Positions 18,001-24,957 of a stretch of DNA of 64,000 nt are shown here, piece by piece. The notes under the pieces are model-generated. The model did not search any database and was not told the origin of the DNA. It saw only the letters and a program-made list of their open reading frames with translations. The stretch's first letter is position 1; the number at the start of each line of letters is the position of its first letter. Source of the stretch: Clostridiales bacterium (GTDB lineage: Bacteria > Bacillota > Clostridia > Christensenellales > Aristaeellaceae); the NCBI GenBank assembly GCA_012728435.1, contig JAAYFC010000053.1:1662-65661 (forward strand), in the 5' to 3' direction. Position numbers and translations under genes: made by a program.

Positions 18001-18205
18001 GCCTGTATATGGCCTGCATGCAGCCCAGCTTGATTTGGGGGCAGCGGCGGTTATCACTACTGATGCCGCAAACATGGGCGCACGAAGCGGTCTGCTGGCA
18101 GCCCGTATCCTATCAGGCGAGAACGCAGCAAACATCCCCTATGAAACACCGCGCAGGTATCAAATTCTGTTAAACTTCGATATCATACAGGAGCTTGGGC
18201 TCTAA
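15077..18205 (+). CDS. Large surface protein: TSP3-like Ca-binding motifs, about four He_PIG-like Ig repeats, a Pro/Glu-rich linker, and a C-terminal ABC_sub_bind-type solute-binding domain
   Basis: There is no signal peptide at its own N-terminus. DxDxDGxPD motifs are present (DANRNGIPD, DDDADGMPD). The repeated pattern is IPxI...LP.GL.F....G.I.G.......W......Y.(V/I)T(V/I). The C-terminal ~280 aa match the PF04392 pattern (DYALVIAIGEPMAQTAQQA...NPLVFVDVADPVAAGL...AARILSGENAANIPYET...ILLNFDIIQELGL). Confidence 0.7.
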   Translation: MIDVPGTRVLSNWMPGEMERVYSFYINATGKHPDGEKSITIMVNMRYLRDANRNGIPDMYEEFAQNPFILSDIPDISILSSEKLQSMHYYAMKNLELEGDDVKWPVRYGLGMHPPGVRLHANAQGNEKGEQAKIDGKINLEWAEHEMSRKVRVFYTGEDSDGKTAQNAMDIKVLRDDDADGMPDGLLSIAAIPPRMIVEGESIKPIPITVRSSLPDPVELGVFAGVFYIKDDLPHIVFLGPADYNLELVKLSEGPSFAQEKDVKLHHYEIRGKFRFPSDLGDYGWGKNQSIRRLYLQASAWSGEYSSEPMDLSIMVLRSGDKEDPRVKYQFVPIPDITVYQTQEIPTVKLQMKQGNEDIRFLTSELPSGLSFNKENNTITGSIAVGEWQDWEADRRYSVTAYAVYKPEWNKTYEFDDPKVIAIEQFYITVLPEVIDMGKGVAPIADQTVLNHTVIKPIMVRGEHDTQLAGIRLEGMPAGIRGGPGGFIEGAVNIYDWEEGESIRGFNVTVEASFKTVPKAHRDGVPTIQIADTATTSFTMHVLRDEPSGWTEGDELVPLAILNIPQQDMQNGEAIAPIIIQVQDISNSGVEIHALGLPPGLVHEPEGEIHGTPAVEDWGENEFTRIYHITIKVMNGLGQETSSIFKAAISREGVTDENPPIPDPDEAPPSEYGDMPPSESGDMPPSEWGDMPPAEEPPAEAPPAEEPPAEAPPAEEPPAEVPPAEEPPAEVPPAEEPIEMPDDIPEDIPEDPADNPLEALLPPPVVIAAKEGLTIAIAQGEQSQHQEKILHGIFAGLNQAGYRPGDNITVEYYLADEENQTVGRIAEQLRQKDYALVIAIGEPMAQTAQQALEGRNPLVFVDVADPVAAGLTGSVTGIIASLAPHQLLNAIGTIQPNAMSIAYLYAQAADYAANYIKEAEGDGMLALAAAVTDPAALVQEGMTLLETAELLIVNQEFEDEESLKQLIEAAKANGKPVYGLHAAQLDLGAAAVITTDAANMGARSGLLAARILSGENAANIPYETPRRYQILLNFDIIQELGL
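17078..17284. repeat. In-frame tandem repeats: 3 x 24 bp (PPSE.GDM), then 9 x 15 bp (PPAEE/PPAEA/PPAEV)
   Basis: Three 24-mers lie at 17078-17101, 17102-17125 and 17126-17149. Nine consecutive 15-mers cover 17150-17284. Confidence 0.9.
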
Positions 18206-18221
18206 TCCTTTCTCCCAAACG

Positions 18222-18256
18222 CACCGGGGTTGCGACACAAGCAGCCCCGGTTTTTT
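18222..18256 (+). terminator. Intrinsic terminator of the surface-protein gene
   Basis: The stem ACCGGGG / CCCCGGT has a 15-nt loop and is followed by TTTTTT. Confidence 0.75.
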
Positions 18257-18439
18257 GCGCCTTTGCTTTTTGCAATCAAGCCCGTCTCAATCGGCAGAAA
18301 CAGGCTGATATAATCCTGGTTTTGCATCAAGCGCGGCATCTTAACCCTTCTGCAAACGCACCAGGGCATCCTGTTTTTTAGGGGATATACTTAGCTTTCC
18401 CCCTGTGTTCGCGGGCGTATTAAAATGCCTCGGAGGTCA

Positions 18440-19456
18440 TCACATGGGGTTGTTCGTGAAATAACGAATCAAGGCCTCGCTGTAGCAGGACATGCCCCAG
18501 TCATTGGGGTACAGGTTCCGGTCATCAAAGGCTTCCGGCACGTGGGGGACGATGCCCCGGCCGTCCAGCGCCGGGATGTCACAGCGCTTGGCCGCATCCA
18601 GCAACGCGTCACAGAAGGCATGAAAGCCGCCAGCACCTTGTGAGGTGTGAATATCCGCACGCCAAAGGGGGGAGATGTACAGCACCCGGGCATTTTTATA
18701 CATGCGCTTGATTTTATGAAAATAGAGTTCGGCTTGCTCAACCGCCTCCTGCACACTCGCGCGCTTGTTCCAGTCATTGGTGCCAAATGCGATGGTGACG
18801 ATGTCCGGTTCAAAAGGCAGCTCCTCATCCAGCAGCAGGTGGTCAAATTGATATCCGCTCAGCCCCGCGTTCCACAGCTCCCAGTCAAAATATCGCGCAA
18901 GCCGCACGGCATAGGTCTGGGAGGGATGCAGCGCGTCATATCCCTGGGTGATGGAATCGCCATAGCACAGCAGCTTCCGCCGGCGGGGAAGGGAGGCGCG
19001 CTCTCTTTTTTCATGAACAGGGATGAAAACGGCGTTTTGGGAGAGGGAGAGGTTCTTTATGCGGACGCGGCTCATATAGGGCAGCCAGATGGTCACGCGG
19101 CGGAAGCCGTCTTTGTTTTCCGGTATCTCTATTTGGATTGTGCCCGAAAGATAAAGCTCGGGCTTTTGGTTGATGCCGCCAATCAGCAGGCCATCCAGGC
19201 ACACATCAATCTGGGCGATGTCCCGGTCCGACATCTCAAAAAGTTCATAGTCAAAGCGCACACTGCGCGCGGTGGTATAAAAATCAAGGCAGATACCGGC
19301 AGCGCATACATAGCGGTGCTTGAAGCGGACATCCTCTTCACGAACAAAATAGCGATACTGCTTGTCCGTCATCCGATAAAAACAGAAGGAGCCGTCTTCC
19401 GCCAACTCCACCAAGCCGCCATGCGTTACGGCGCGCAGTTCGTCAATCCCCAGCAT
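18440..19456 (-). CDS. SGNH/GDSL family hydrolase (probable carbohydrate esterase) with an N-terminal beta-rich domain
   Basis: Block I is LLCYGDSITQGY, block III-like is IAFGTNDW, and the C-terminal region contains DDRNLYPND. The ATG at 19456 is preceded by GAGGGGTGG. The TTG at 19489 in the ORF track is less likely. Confidence 0.8.
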   Translation of the reverse strand: MLGIDELRAVTHGGLVELAEDGSFCFYRMTDKQYRYFVREEDVRFKHRYVCAAGICLDFYTTARSVRFDYELFEMSDRDIAQIDVCLDGLLIGGINQKPELYLSGTIQIEIPENKDGFRRVTIWLPYMSRVRIKNLSLSQNAVFIPVHEKRERASLPRRRKLLCYGDSITQGYDALHPSQTYAVRLARYFDWELWNAGLSGYQFDHLLLDEELPFEPDIVTIAFGTNDWNKRASVQEAVEQAELYFHKIKRMYKNARVLYISPLWRADIHTSQGAGGFHAFCDALLDAAKRCDIPALDGRGIVPHVPEAFDDRNLYPNDWGMSCYSEALIRYFTNNPM

Positions 19457-19647
19457 ATGCCACCCCTCATCAAATTTATCCTGGCACAATCACCTGTCCA
19501 CTGCATGATTCCTTCGTGCCAGGTTCATACACGCATCAAACCACAGGCGGTTTCGTTTCAACCTGTTAACTGCTATACTATCAAAAGAAGATACCCATCA
19601 CAAACGATAAATGAGCGGATGTAAAGCCGGAAAAGAGGCGATGGCCA

Positions 19648-20343
19648 ATGAATCATCAGGAAATCAGAGCGCAGATGTGCGATGTATGCCACAGGATGTG
19701 GCAGCAGGGCTGGGTCGCAGCCAATGACGGCAATCTCAGCGTCAAGCTGGCGGACGGCACCTATTTGTGCACGCCCACCGGTATGTCAAAAAGTTTCATC
19801 ACAAAGGAGTCCCTCCTTCACGTGGACGCAGGGCTCAACATCCTAAAAGGCATGCCCGGCCTCAAACCTTCCAGCGAAATGAAAATGCACATGCGCTGCT
19901 ATACGGAGCGCCCGGATGTGGGCGCGGTGCTGCACGCGCACCCGCCGACAGCCACGGGTTATGCGGTCGCGGGCAAGAGTTTGGACGATTACTCGATGAT
20001 CGAAACGGTGGTCACCATGGGCTCCATCCCGCTGACGCCCTATGGCACGCCCTCCACCTATGAGGTGCCTGAGGCGATTGCGCCTTACTTGCAGGAACAC
20101 GATGTGGTGCTGCTGCAAAACCACGGCGCGCTGGCGGTTGGCGTGGATTTGCTGACGGCATACTACCGCATGGAAACCCTGGAGCTGTTTGCCAAGATCA
20201 GCCTGGTCGCCCACCAACTGGGCGGCGCAAAGGAAATACCAAAAGAGCAGATTAACAAGCTGTTGGAACTGCGCAAGAACTACTACCAGGTGTCCGGGCG
20301 GCATCCCGGCTATAAAAAATACCCCACTCGCAAGGAGGACTGA
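19648..20343 (+). CDS. fucA: Class II aldolase/adducin family protein, probable L-fuculose-1-phosphate aldolase
   Basis: Motifs are ANDGNLSVKL, TPTGM, KPSSEMKMH, HAHPP and LLQNHGALAVG. It sits immediately upstream of fucI. Confidence 0.75.
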   Translation: MNHQEIRAQMCDVCHRMWQQGWVAANDGNLSVKLADGTYLCTPTGMSKSFITKESLLHVDAGLNILKGMPGLKPSSEMKMHMRCYTERPDVGAVLHAHPPTATGYAVAGKSLDDYSMIETVVTMGSIPLTPYGTPSTYEVPEAIAPYLQEHDVVLLQNHGALAVGVDLLTAYYRMETLELFAKISLVAHQLGGAKEIPKEQINKLLELRKNYYQVSGRHPGYKKYPTRKED

Positions 20344-20344
20344 C

Positions 20345-22111
20345 ATGCTGTATCCCAAAATCGGAATCCGCCCCACCATCGACGGCCGCTGGGGCGGTGT
20401 GCGCGAAGGCCTGGAGGCGCAGACCATGGCTATGGCCACATCCGCCAAGGCGCTGATTGAAACGCTGCGCTATCCGGATGGCAGCCCGGTGCAGGTGGTC
20501 ATCTCGCCCACCACCATCGGCGGCGGGGCGGAGGCAGCCCAGTGTGAGGACTTCTTCAGCACACAAAACGTTGTCGCCACACTGACGGTCACCCCCTGCT
20601 GGTGCTATGGCATGGAAACCTTTGACATGAACCCTCACACAATCAAAGCAGTCTGGGGCTTCAACGGCACCGAACGCCCGGGCGCGGTCTATTTAGCGGC
20701 TGTGCTGGCGGCCTACGCGCAAAAAGGGCTTCCCGCCTTTTCCATCTACGGGCATGATGTGCAGGACGCTCATGATCCCACCTTGCCCAAGGACGTGCAG
20801 GAGAAAATGCTCGCCTTCGCCCGCTGCGCCGTCACGGTGGGCTGGATGCGGAACAAAGCTTACGTCAACCTGGGCGGCATCTCCATGGGCATCGCCGGCA
20901 GCTACTGCGACACCAACATGCTGCAAAAGGTCTTTGGCATTCGTGCGGAATGGGTGGATATGACAGAAATCCTGCGCCGCATCACCCTGGAAATTTACGA
21001 TCAGGACGAATACAAAAAGGCGCTTGCCTGGATTCACGACAACTGCAAGGAAGGCTATGACACCAACGCCGGCAAAACCTTAAGCGGGATTGTGACGCGC
21101 TCCAAGGTTGTCCCGCCGGAGAAGGACTGGGAGTTTATCGCCAAGATGACGCTGATTGTGCGCGATATCCTGTATGGTAACCCAAAATTGGCCATCATGG
21201 GCTGGCATGAGGAAGCCCTGGGCAAAAACGCCCTGCTGGGCGGCTTCCAGGGCCAGCGCAACTGGACAGACTGGCTGCCCAACGCCGACTTTACCGAGGC
21301 CATCATGGCCAGCACCTTTGACTGGAATGGCCCCAAGCAGCCAACGCCTTTCGCAACGGAAAACGACACCTTAAACGGCGTGGCGATGATGATGGGCACC
21401 CTCCTTACCAATACCGCGCCCTGTTTCCACGACGTGCGCACCTACTGGAGCCCGGAGGCCGTGAAAAGGGTGTCCGGCAAGGAGTTGTCCGGTCAAGCAG
21501 CAGGCGGCTTCATCCATTTAATCAACTCCGGCGCGACGGCGCTTGACTGTACCGGCGCCAGCGACGGCAAAATGAAGCCCTTTTGGGAGATGACGCAGGA
21601 GAACATCAAGGCCTGCCTGGACGCCACCGATTGGTGCCGTGCTAACTATGAGTACTTCCGGGGCGGCGGCTTCTCCAGCCATTTCAAGACCCAGGCGGAG
21701 ATGCCCGTCACCATGCTGCGCGCCAACGTGGTGGATGGCATTGGCCTCACTCTGCAGATTGCGGAGGGGCAGACGATTACCCTGCCGGACGATGTCCATC
21801 GCAAATTGGATGAGCGAACCGACCGCACCTGGCCTACCACCTGGTTTGTGCCGCGTATAACGGGCGAAGGCGCCTTCCGCGATGTATACAGCGTCATGGC
21901 CAACTGGGGCGCCAACCATGGCGTAACCGTCTATGGCCATGCGGGGGCGGAGCTGCTCACCTTGTGCGCCATGCTGCGCATTCCGGTTAACATGCACAAC
22001 GTGCCCGAGGACAAGGTCTACCGCCCGCATAGCTGGGCTGCCTTTGGCACCCTTGACAGCCAGGCTGCCGACTATGCAGCCTGTAAATTCTACGGCCCGC
22101 TGTATCGGTAA
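20345..22111 (+). CDS. fucI: L-fucose isomerase
   Basis: The N-terminus MLYPKIGIRPTIDGRWGGVREGLEAQTM is characteristic of FucI. The protein is ~588 aa. The ATG at 20345 follows AAGGAGGA and lies 1 nt after the fucA stop. The ORF-track start at 20189 is inside fucA. Confidence 0.9.
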   Translation: MLYPKIGIRPTIDGRWGGVREGLEAQTMAMATSAKALIETLRYPDGSPVQVVISPTTIGGGAEAAQCEDFFSTQNVVATLTVTPCWCYGMETFDMNPHTIKAVWGFNGTERPGAVYLAAVLAAYAQKGLPAFSIYGHDVQDAHDPTLPKDVQEKMLAFARCAVTVGWMRNKAYVNLGGISMGIAGSYCDTNMLQKVFGIRAEWVDMTEILRRITLEIYDQDEYKKALAWIHDNCKEGYDTNAGKTLSGIVTRSKVVPPEKDWEFIAKMTLIVRDILYGNPKLAIMGWHEEALGKNALLGGFQGQRNWTDWLPNADFTEAIMASTFDWNGPKQPTPFATENDTLNGVAMMMGTLLTNTAPCFHDVRTYWSPEAVKRVSGKELSGQAAGGFIHLINSGATALDCTGASDGKMKPFWEMTQENIKACLDATDWCRANYEYFRGGGFSSHFKTQAEMPVTMLRANVVDGIGLTLQIAEGQTITLPDDVHRKLDERTDRTWPTTWFVPRITGEGAFRDVYSVMANWGANHGVTVYGHAGAELLTLCAMLRIPVNMHNVPEDKVYRPHSWAAFGTLDSQAADYAACKFYGPLYR

Positions 22112-22173
22112 ACTAAAACAACCGGGTGCTAAATTCATTCGCGCCCGGTCATCTCATCGCCCTTTTCAGGGTT

Positions 22174-23388
22174 TTATTGCCCTGGTCTCAACTGGTAGAG
22201 CCGCCCTTCATCCGTCACAAAATAGATGGAACCATCCGCGCTGGCAGCCACATCACGGAAGCGCTGCCCTTGGTCTGCCAGCAGGCGCTCCTCTCCTGTC
22301 ACCTTGCCATCCTCAATGCGCAGACGCATCACGTGGCTGCCTGCCAAGCCGCCGATGAACAGGTTGTTCTGCCACTCGGGGATGGCATTGCCTGTGTAAA
22401 AATCCATGCCGGAGATGGCCGGCGTGGGATCCCAATAGTACAGCGGCTGCTCCATGCCCTCCATCTGTGTAAGGCCTTCGCCCACAGGGGCATGGGAGTA
22501 CTCCAGGCCATAGGTGATGACCGGCCAGCCGTAGTTGCGCCCGGGCATAATCAGGTTAATCTCGTCCCCGCCCAGCGGGCCCATCTCCCCGGCATACAGC
22601 GCGCGGCTCACCGGATGAATCGCCAAGCCTTGCACATTGCGGTGACCCATGGAGTACACCTGGGGCATCGCGCCAGAATCATTGATAAACGGATTGTCAA
22701 AAAGGGGGTTCCCATCCCGATCCATGCGCAGGATCTTGCCAATACCGCTGCCAAAATCCTGCGCGTATTTGCGTGTGTAATCATGTTGTCGGTCCCCGGT
22801 GGACAGGAAGAGGGTGTCATTGTCAACAAAGGCGATCCGGCTGCCAAAATGTCCGCTGCTTTGGACTGCGGGCAAGGCTTCAAACAGCAGCTCGGCATTC
22901 ATCAGGCTGCCCTCGTCCGCTGATAACGCCACCCGGCCAAGCGCTGTGACTGACCCATCCTTCACAGGCCGGGCAAAACTGAAGTACAGCTGGCGGCTGG
23001 TCTGAAAATCAGGTGCAGGCACCAGGTCCAGCAATCCGCCCTGGCCGTTGTACGCGACATCCAGAAAGCCATAGATGGGGGAAGAGAGGCCGCTCTCCTG
23101 GCTAAAGATGCGCATGCTGCCGCGTTTCTCACTGATGATGAGCCGTCCATCAGGCAAGACGGACACCGCCCAGGGTTGGCTTAAGTCCTCAGTGAGCACA
23201 GAGACGTGATACGGTGCCAGCGTCTTCATCCCCGGCGCGCGCGTTTGACCCGGGAAGGCGGGCTGATAGCTGCTAAATGGATGGCGATCCTCAACCGGGG
23301 GCAAGCTTTCCGCAATTCCTAGCAGCAGTAGAGACGGCATCAACATAAGAAGCAGCGAAAGCATAAGGATGGTTCTGTGTCTTGTCAT
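22174..23388 (-). CDS. PQQ-dependent sugar dehydrogenase (soluble glucose/sorbosone dehydrogenase family), secreted
   Basis: It has a signal peptide and beta-propeller motifs HFGSRIAF, GKILRMDRDGNP, SMGHRNVQG and NYGWP. AAGGAGG lies 6 nt upstream of the ATG. Confidence 0.85.
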   Translation of the reverse strand: MTRHRTILMLSLLLMLMPSLLLLGIAESLPPVEDRHPFSSYQPAFPGQTRAPGMKTLAPYHVSVLTEDLSQPWAVSVLPDGRLIISEKRGSMRIFSQESGLSSPIYGFLDVAYNGQGGLLDLVPAPDFQTSRQLYFSFARPVKDGSVTALGRVALSADEGSLMNAELLFEALPAVQSSGHFGSRIAFVDNDTLFLSTGDRQHDYTRKYAQDFGSGIGKILRMDRDGNPLFDNPFINDSGAMPQVYSMGHRNVQGLAIHPVSRALYAGEMGPLGGDEINLIMPGRNYGWPVITYGLEYSHAPVGEGLTQMEGMEQPLYYWDPTPAISGMDFYTGNAIPEWQNNLFIGGLAGSHVMRLRIEDGKVTGEERLLADQGQRFRDVAASADGSIYFVTDEGRLYQLRPGQ

Positions 23389-23529
23389 ACCATGCCTCCT
23401 TAAACAACAGTCTGTTATTAATGTACCCGCGGCGGGGCAACCCCCCCATCATGCTGTCGCGTCCCATTATGCTTTGGTTCATCTTTGGTTTCTTTTGTTT
23501 GCCAGACCATCCTTAAACAGGATACATTA

Positions 23530-23538
23530 TGATAGAAT
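23530..23538 (+). promoter_or_regulatory. Extended -10 element TGaTAGAAT upstream of the M48 peptidase gene
   Basis: It matches TGnTATAAT at 8 of 9 positions and lies ~28 nt upstream of the ATG at 23566. Confidence 0.45.
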
Positions 23539-23565
23539 CATATCAATGAATGGGAGGTGTTTTGC

Positions 23566-24786
23566 ATGCTGATTAAAACTGTCATTATAGTGGTCATGAC
23601 GGCTGTCTTCCTGTTTGAGGTGTACAAGCATCGCCTCACCGCGCGCCAGCGCAGGCTCAGCCTGCCTGAAAACGTGCGCGGCATCTACGACACGCAGAAG
23701 TATCAGACCTGGGTGGCCTATTCCACGGACACAAACCGGGTAGGTCTGATGGAAAAATCCGCGCAGTTCGTCCTGATGCTCTTGCTGTTGCTGTTTAACG
23801 CGCATGCTTGGCTGTCCGGGATGCTGCCGGGCGGGGTATGGGCCAACAGCATCCTGCTGGTGGTGCTGGACATGCTGATTTCCCTGCCAATTGGTGTGGT
23901 TTTCGCCTGGATTCAACAGATGCGGGTAGAGGAGCAATACGGCTTTAACCGCACCACCAAGAAAACCTTCATCGCCGACCAGGTGAAGCAAGCGCTTATT
24001 GGCTTCATTTTGATGACAACCATCCTAAGCCTGTACATCCTCTTTTACCAAATGCTGGGGCTCTTGGGCTTTATATTGCTGTTTGTGGCACTGGCTGTAA
24101 TTATCACGCTCATTTCCACGTTTTCCTTGCAGCTTAGCAAATTATTCAACAAGTATGAGCCGCTTCCCGAGGGCGAGTTGCGCACGGGGCTGGAAGCGAT
24201 GTTTGAAAAACATGGTTACCACCTGCGGCACATCTATGTGATGGATGCGTCCAAGCGCACCAGCAAGGTGAACGCCTTTTGTACCGGCCTTGGCAAAAAC
24301 AAGGAAATCGCCCTGTTTGATAACCTTGTGTCCAATTATTCCGCGGATGAAATCACCGCTGTGTTCGCGCATGAGTTGGCGCACTTCCACTACCGCGACA
24401 CATTGATGCTGTCATTGACCAACCTGGTAACCTTCCTGCCCATGGTTGCGCTGCTGCTTATCATGACGGCGGTACCAGCATTTAGCCAAGCCTTTGGCTT
24501 TGCAAAAACGCACTATGGCATGGTGTTTTTGCTGATGGGACCTTTGATGCAGGCGGCCTTGATTCCTGTCCGCATCCCGGTGATGAAGTTTATGCGCGCC
24601 TGTGAGTACCGCGCGGATGCCTTCGCAGCACAAAACGGGTACGCAGAGGGCTTAATCTCGGCGCTCAAGCGCTTAAGCCAGGACAATCTTGCCGATTTAA
24701 ACCCCCACCCGCTGATTGTGGCGGTGGAGCACAGCCACCCGCCCCTTTCCCAGCGCATTGCGGCCTTGACCGCGCAGATGGAATAA
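23566..24786 (+). CDS. M48 family zinc metallopeptidase (Ste24/HtpX-like), membrane bound
   Basis: It has multiple TM spans, the HEXXH motif HELAHFHYRD, and a C-terminal HPPLSQRI. The ATG at 23566 lies 8 nt after GGGAGG. Confidence 0.85.
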   Translation: MLIKTVIIVVMTAVFLFEVYKHRLTARQRRLSLPENVRGIYDTQKYQTWVAYSTDTNRVGLMEKSAQFVLMLLLLLFNAHAWLSGMLPGGVWANSILLVVLDMLISLPIGVVFAWIQQMRVEEQYGFNRTTKKTFIADQVKQALIGFILMTTILSLYILFYQMLGLLGFILLFVALAVIITLISTFSLQLSKLFNKYEPLPEGELRTGLEAMFEKHGYHLRHIYVMDASKRTSKVNAFCTGLGKNKEIALFDNLVSNYSADEITAVFAHELAHFHYRDTLMLSLTNLVTFLPMVALLLIMTAVPAFSQAFGFAKTHYGMVFLLMGPLMQAALIPVRIPVMKFMRACEYRADAFAAQNGYAEGLISALKRLSQDNLADLNPHPLIVAVEHSHPPLSQRIAALTAQME

Positions 24787-24897
24787 TCCGGATAATACAT
24801 CGCAAACTGCGGGCAGCAGTACACCCAGCATGTCTGTGACTTGTAGGTGTATGGGAATAAAGGCTGCAGGGGTTTTGCGCGGGTTTGTGCATCCTTC

Positions 24898-24926
24898 TTG
24901 ACAGCCTAATGCCTTCAACGCATACT
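24898..24926 (+). promoter_or_regulatory. Putative sigma-A promoter of the MATE gene
   Basis: TTGACA (24898-24903), a 17-nt spacer, and CATACT (24921-24926). Confidence 0.4.
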
Positions 24927-24957
24927 GGCACAAACACAGCCAGGAGCGGAGACTTAA

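Noticed and set aside
18647-19624. Long ORFs (200-340 aa) antisense to real genes. Examples: 18647-19624, 57280-58302, 61449-62465, 52099-53028, 46956-47729, 35615-36529, 22126-22923, 44571-45326, 33458-34081, 37900-38583, 1062-1754, 6072-6794, 16859-17626, 12594-13235.
   Set aside because: The pairs I checked (57280-58302 versus the GH130 gene, and 52099-53028 versus the 52051-53031 gene) are in codon phase with the sense gene. Such a frame stays open whenever the sense gene avoids TTA/CTA/TCA codons, as this GC-rich genome does. The translations of all of them are Arg/Gly/His/Val-rich low-information sequence with no ribosome-binding sites. The opposite strand carries unambiguous family motifs in most cases; for 52099-53028 and 1062-1754 the sense strand is supported by a signal peptide or a repeat pattern instead.
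23441-23447. C7 homopolymer in the divergent intergenic region as a phase-variation switch
   Set aside because: The tract is short and does not lie between recognisable -35 and -10 elements. There is no supporting evidence.
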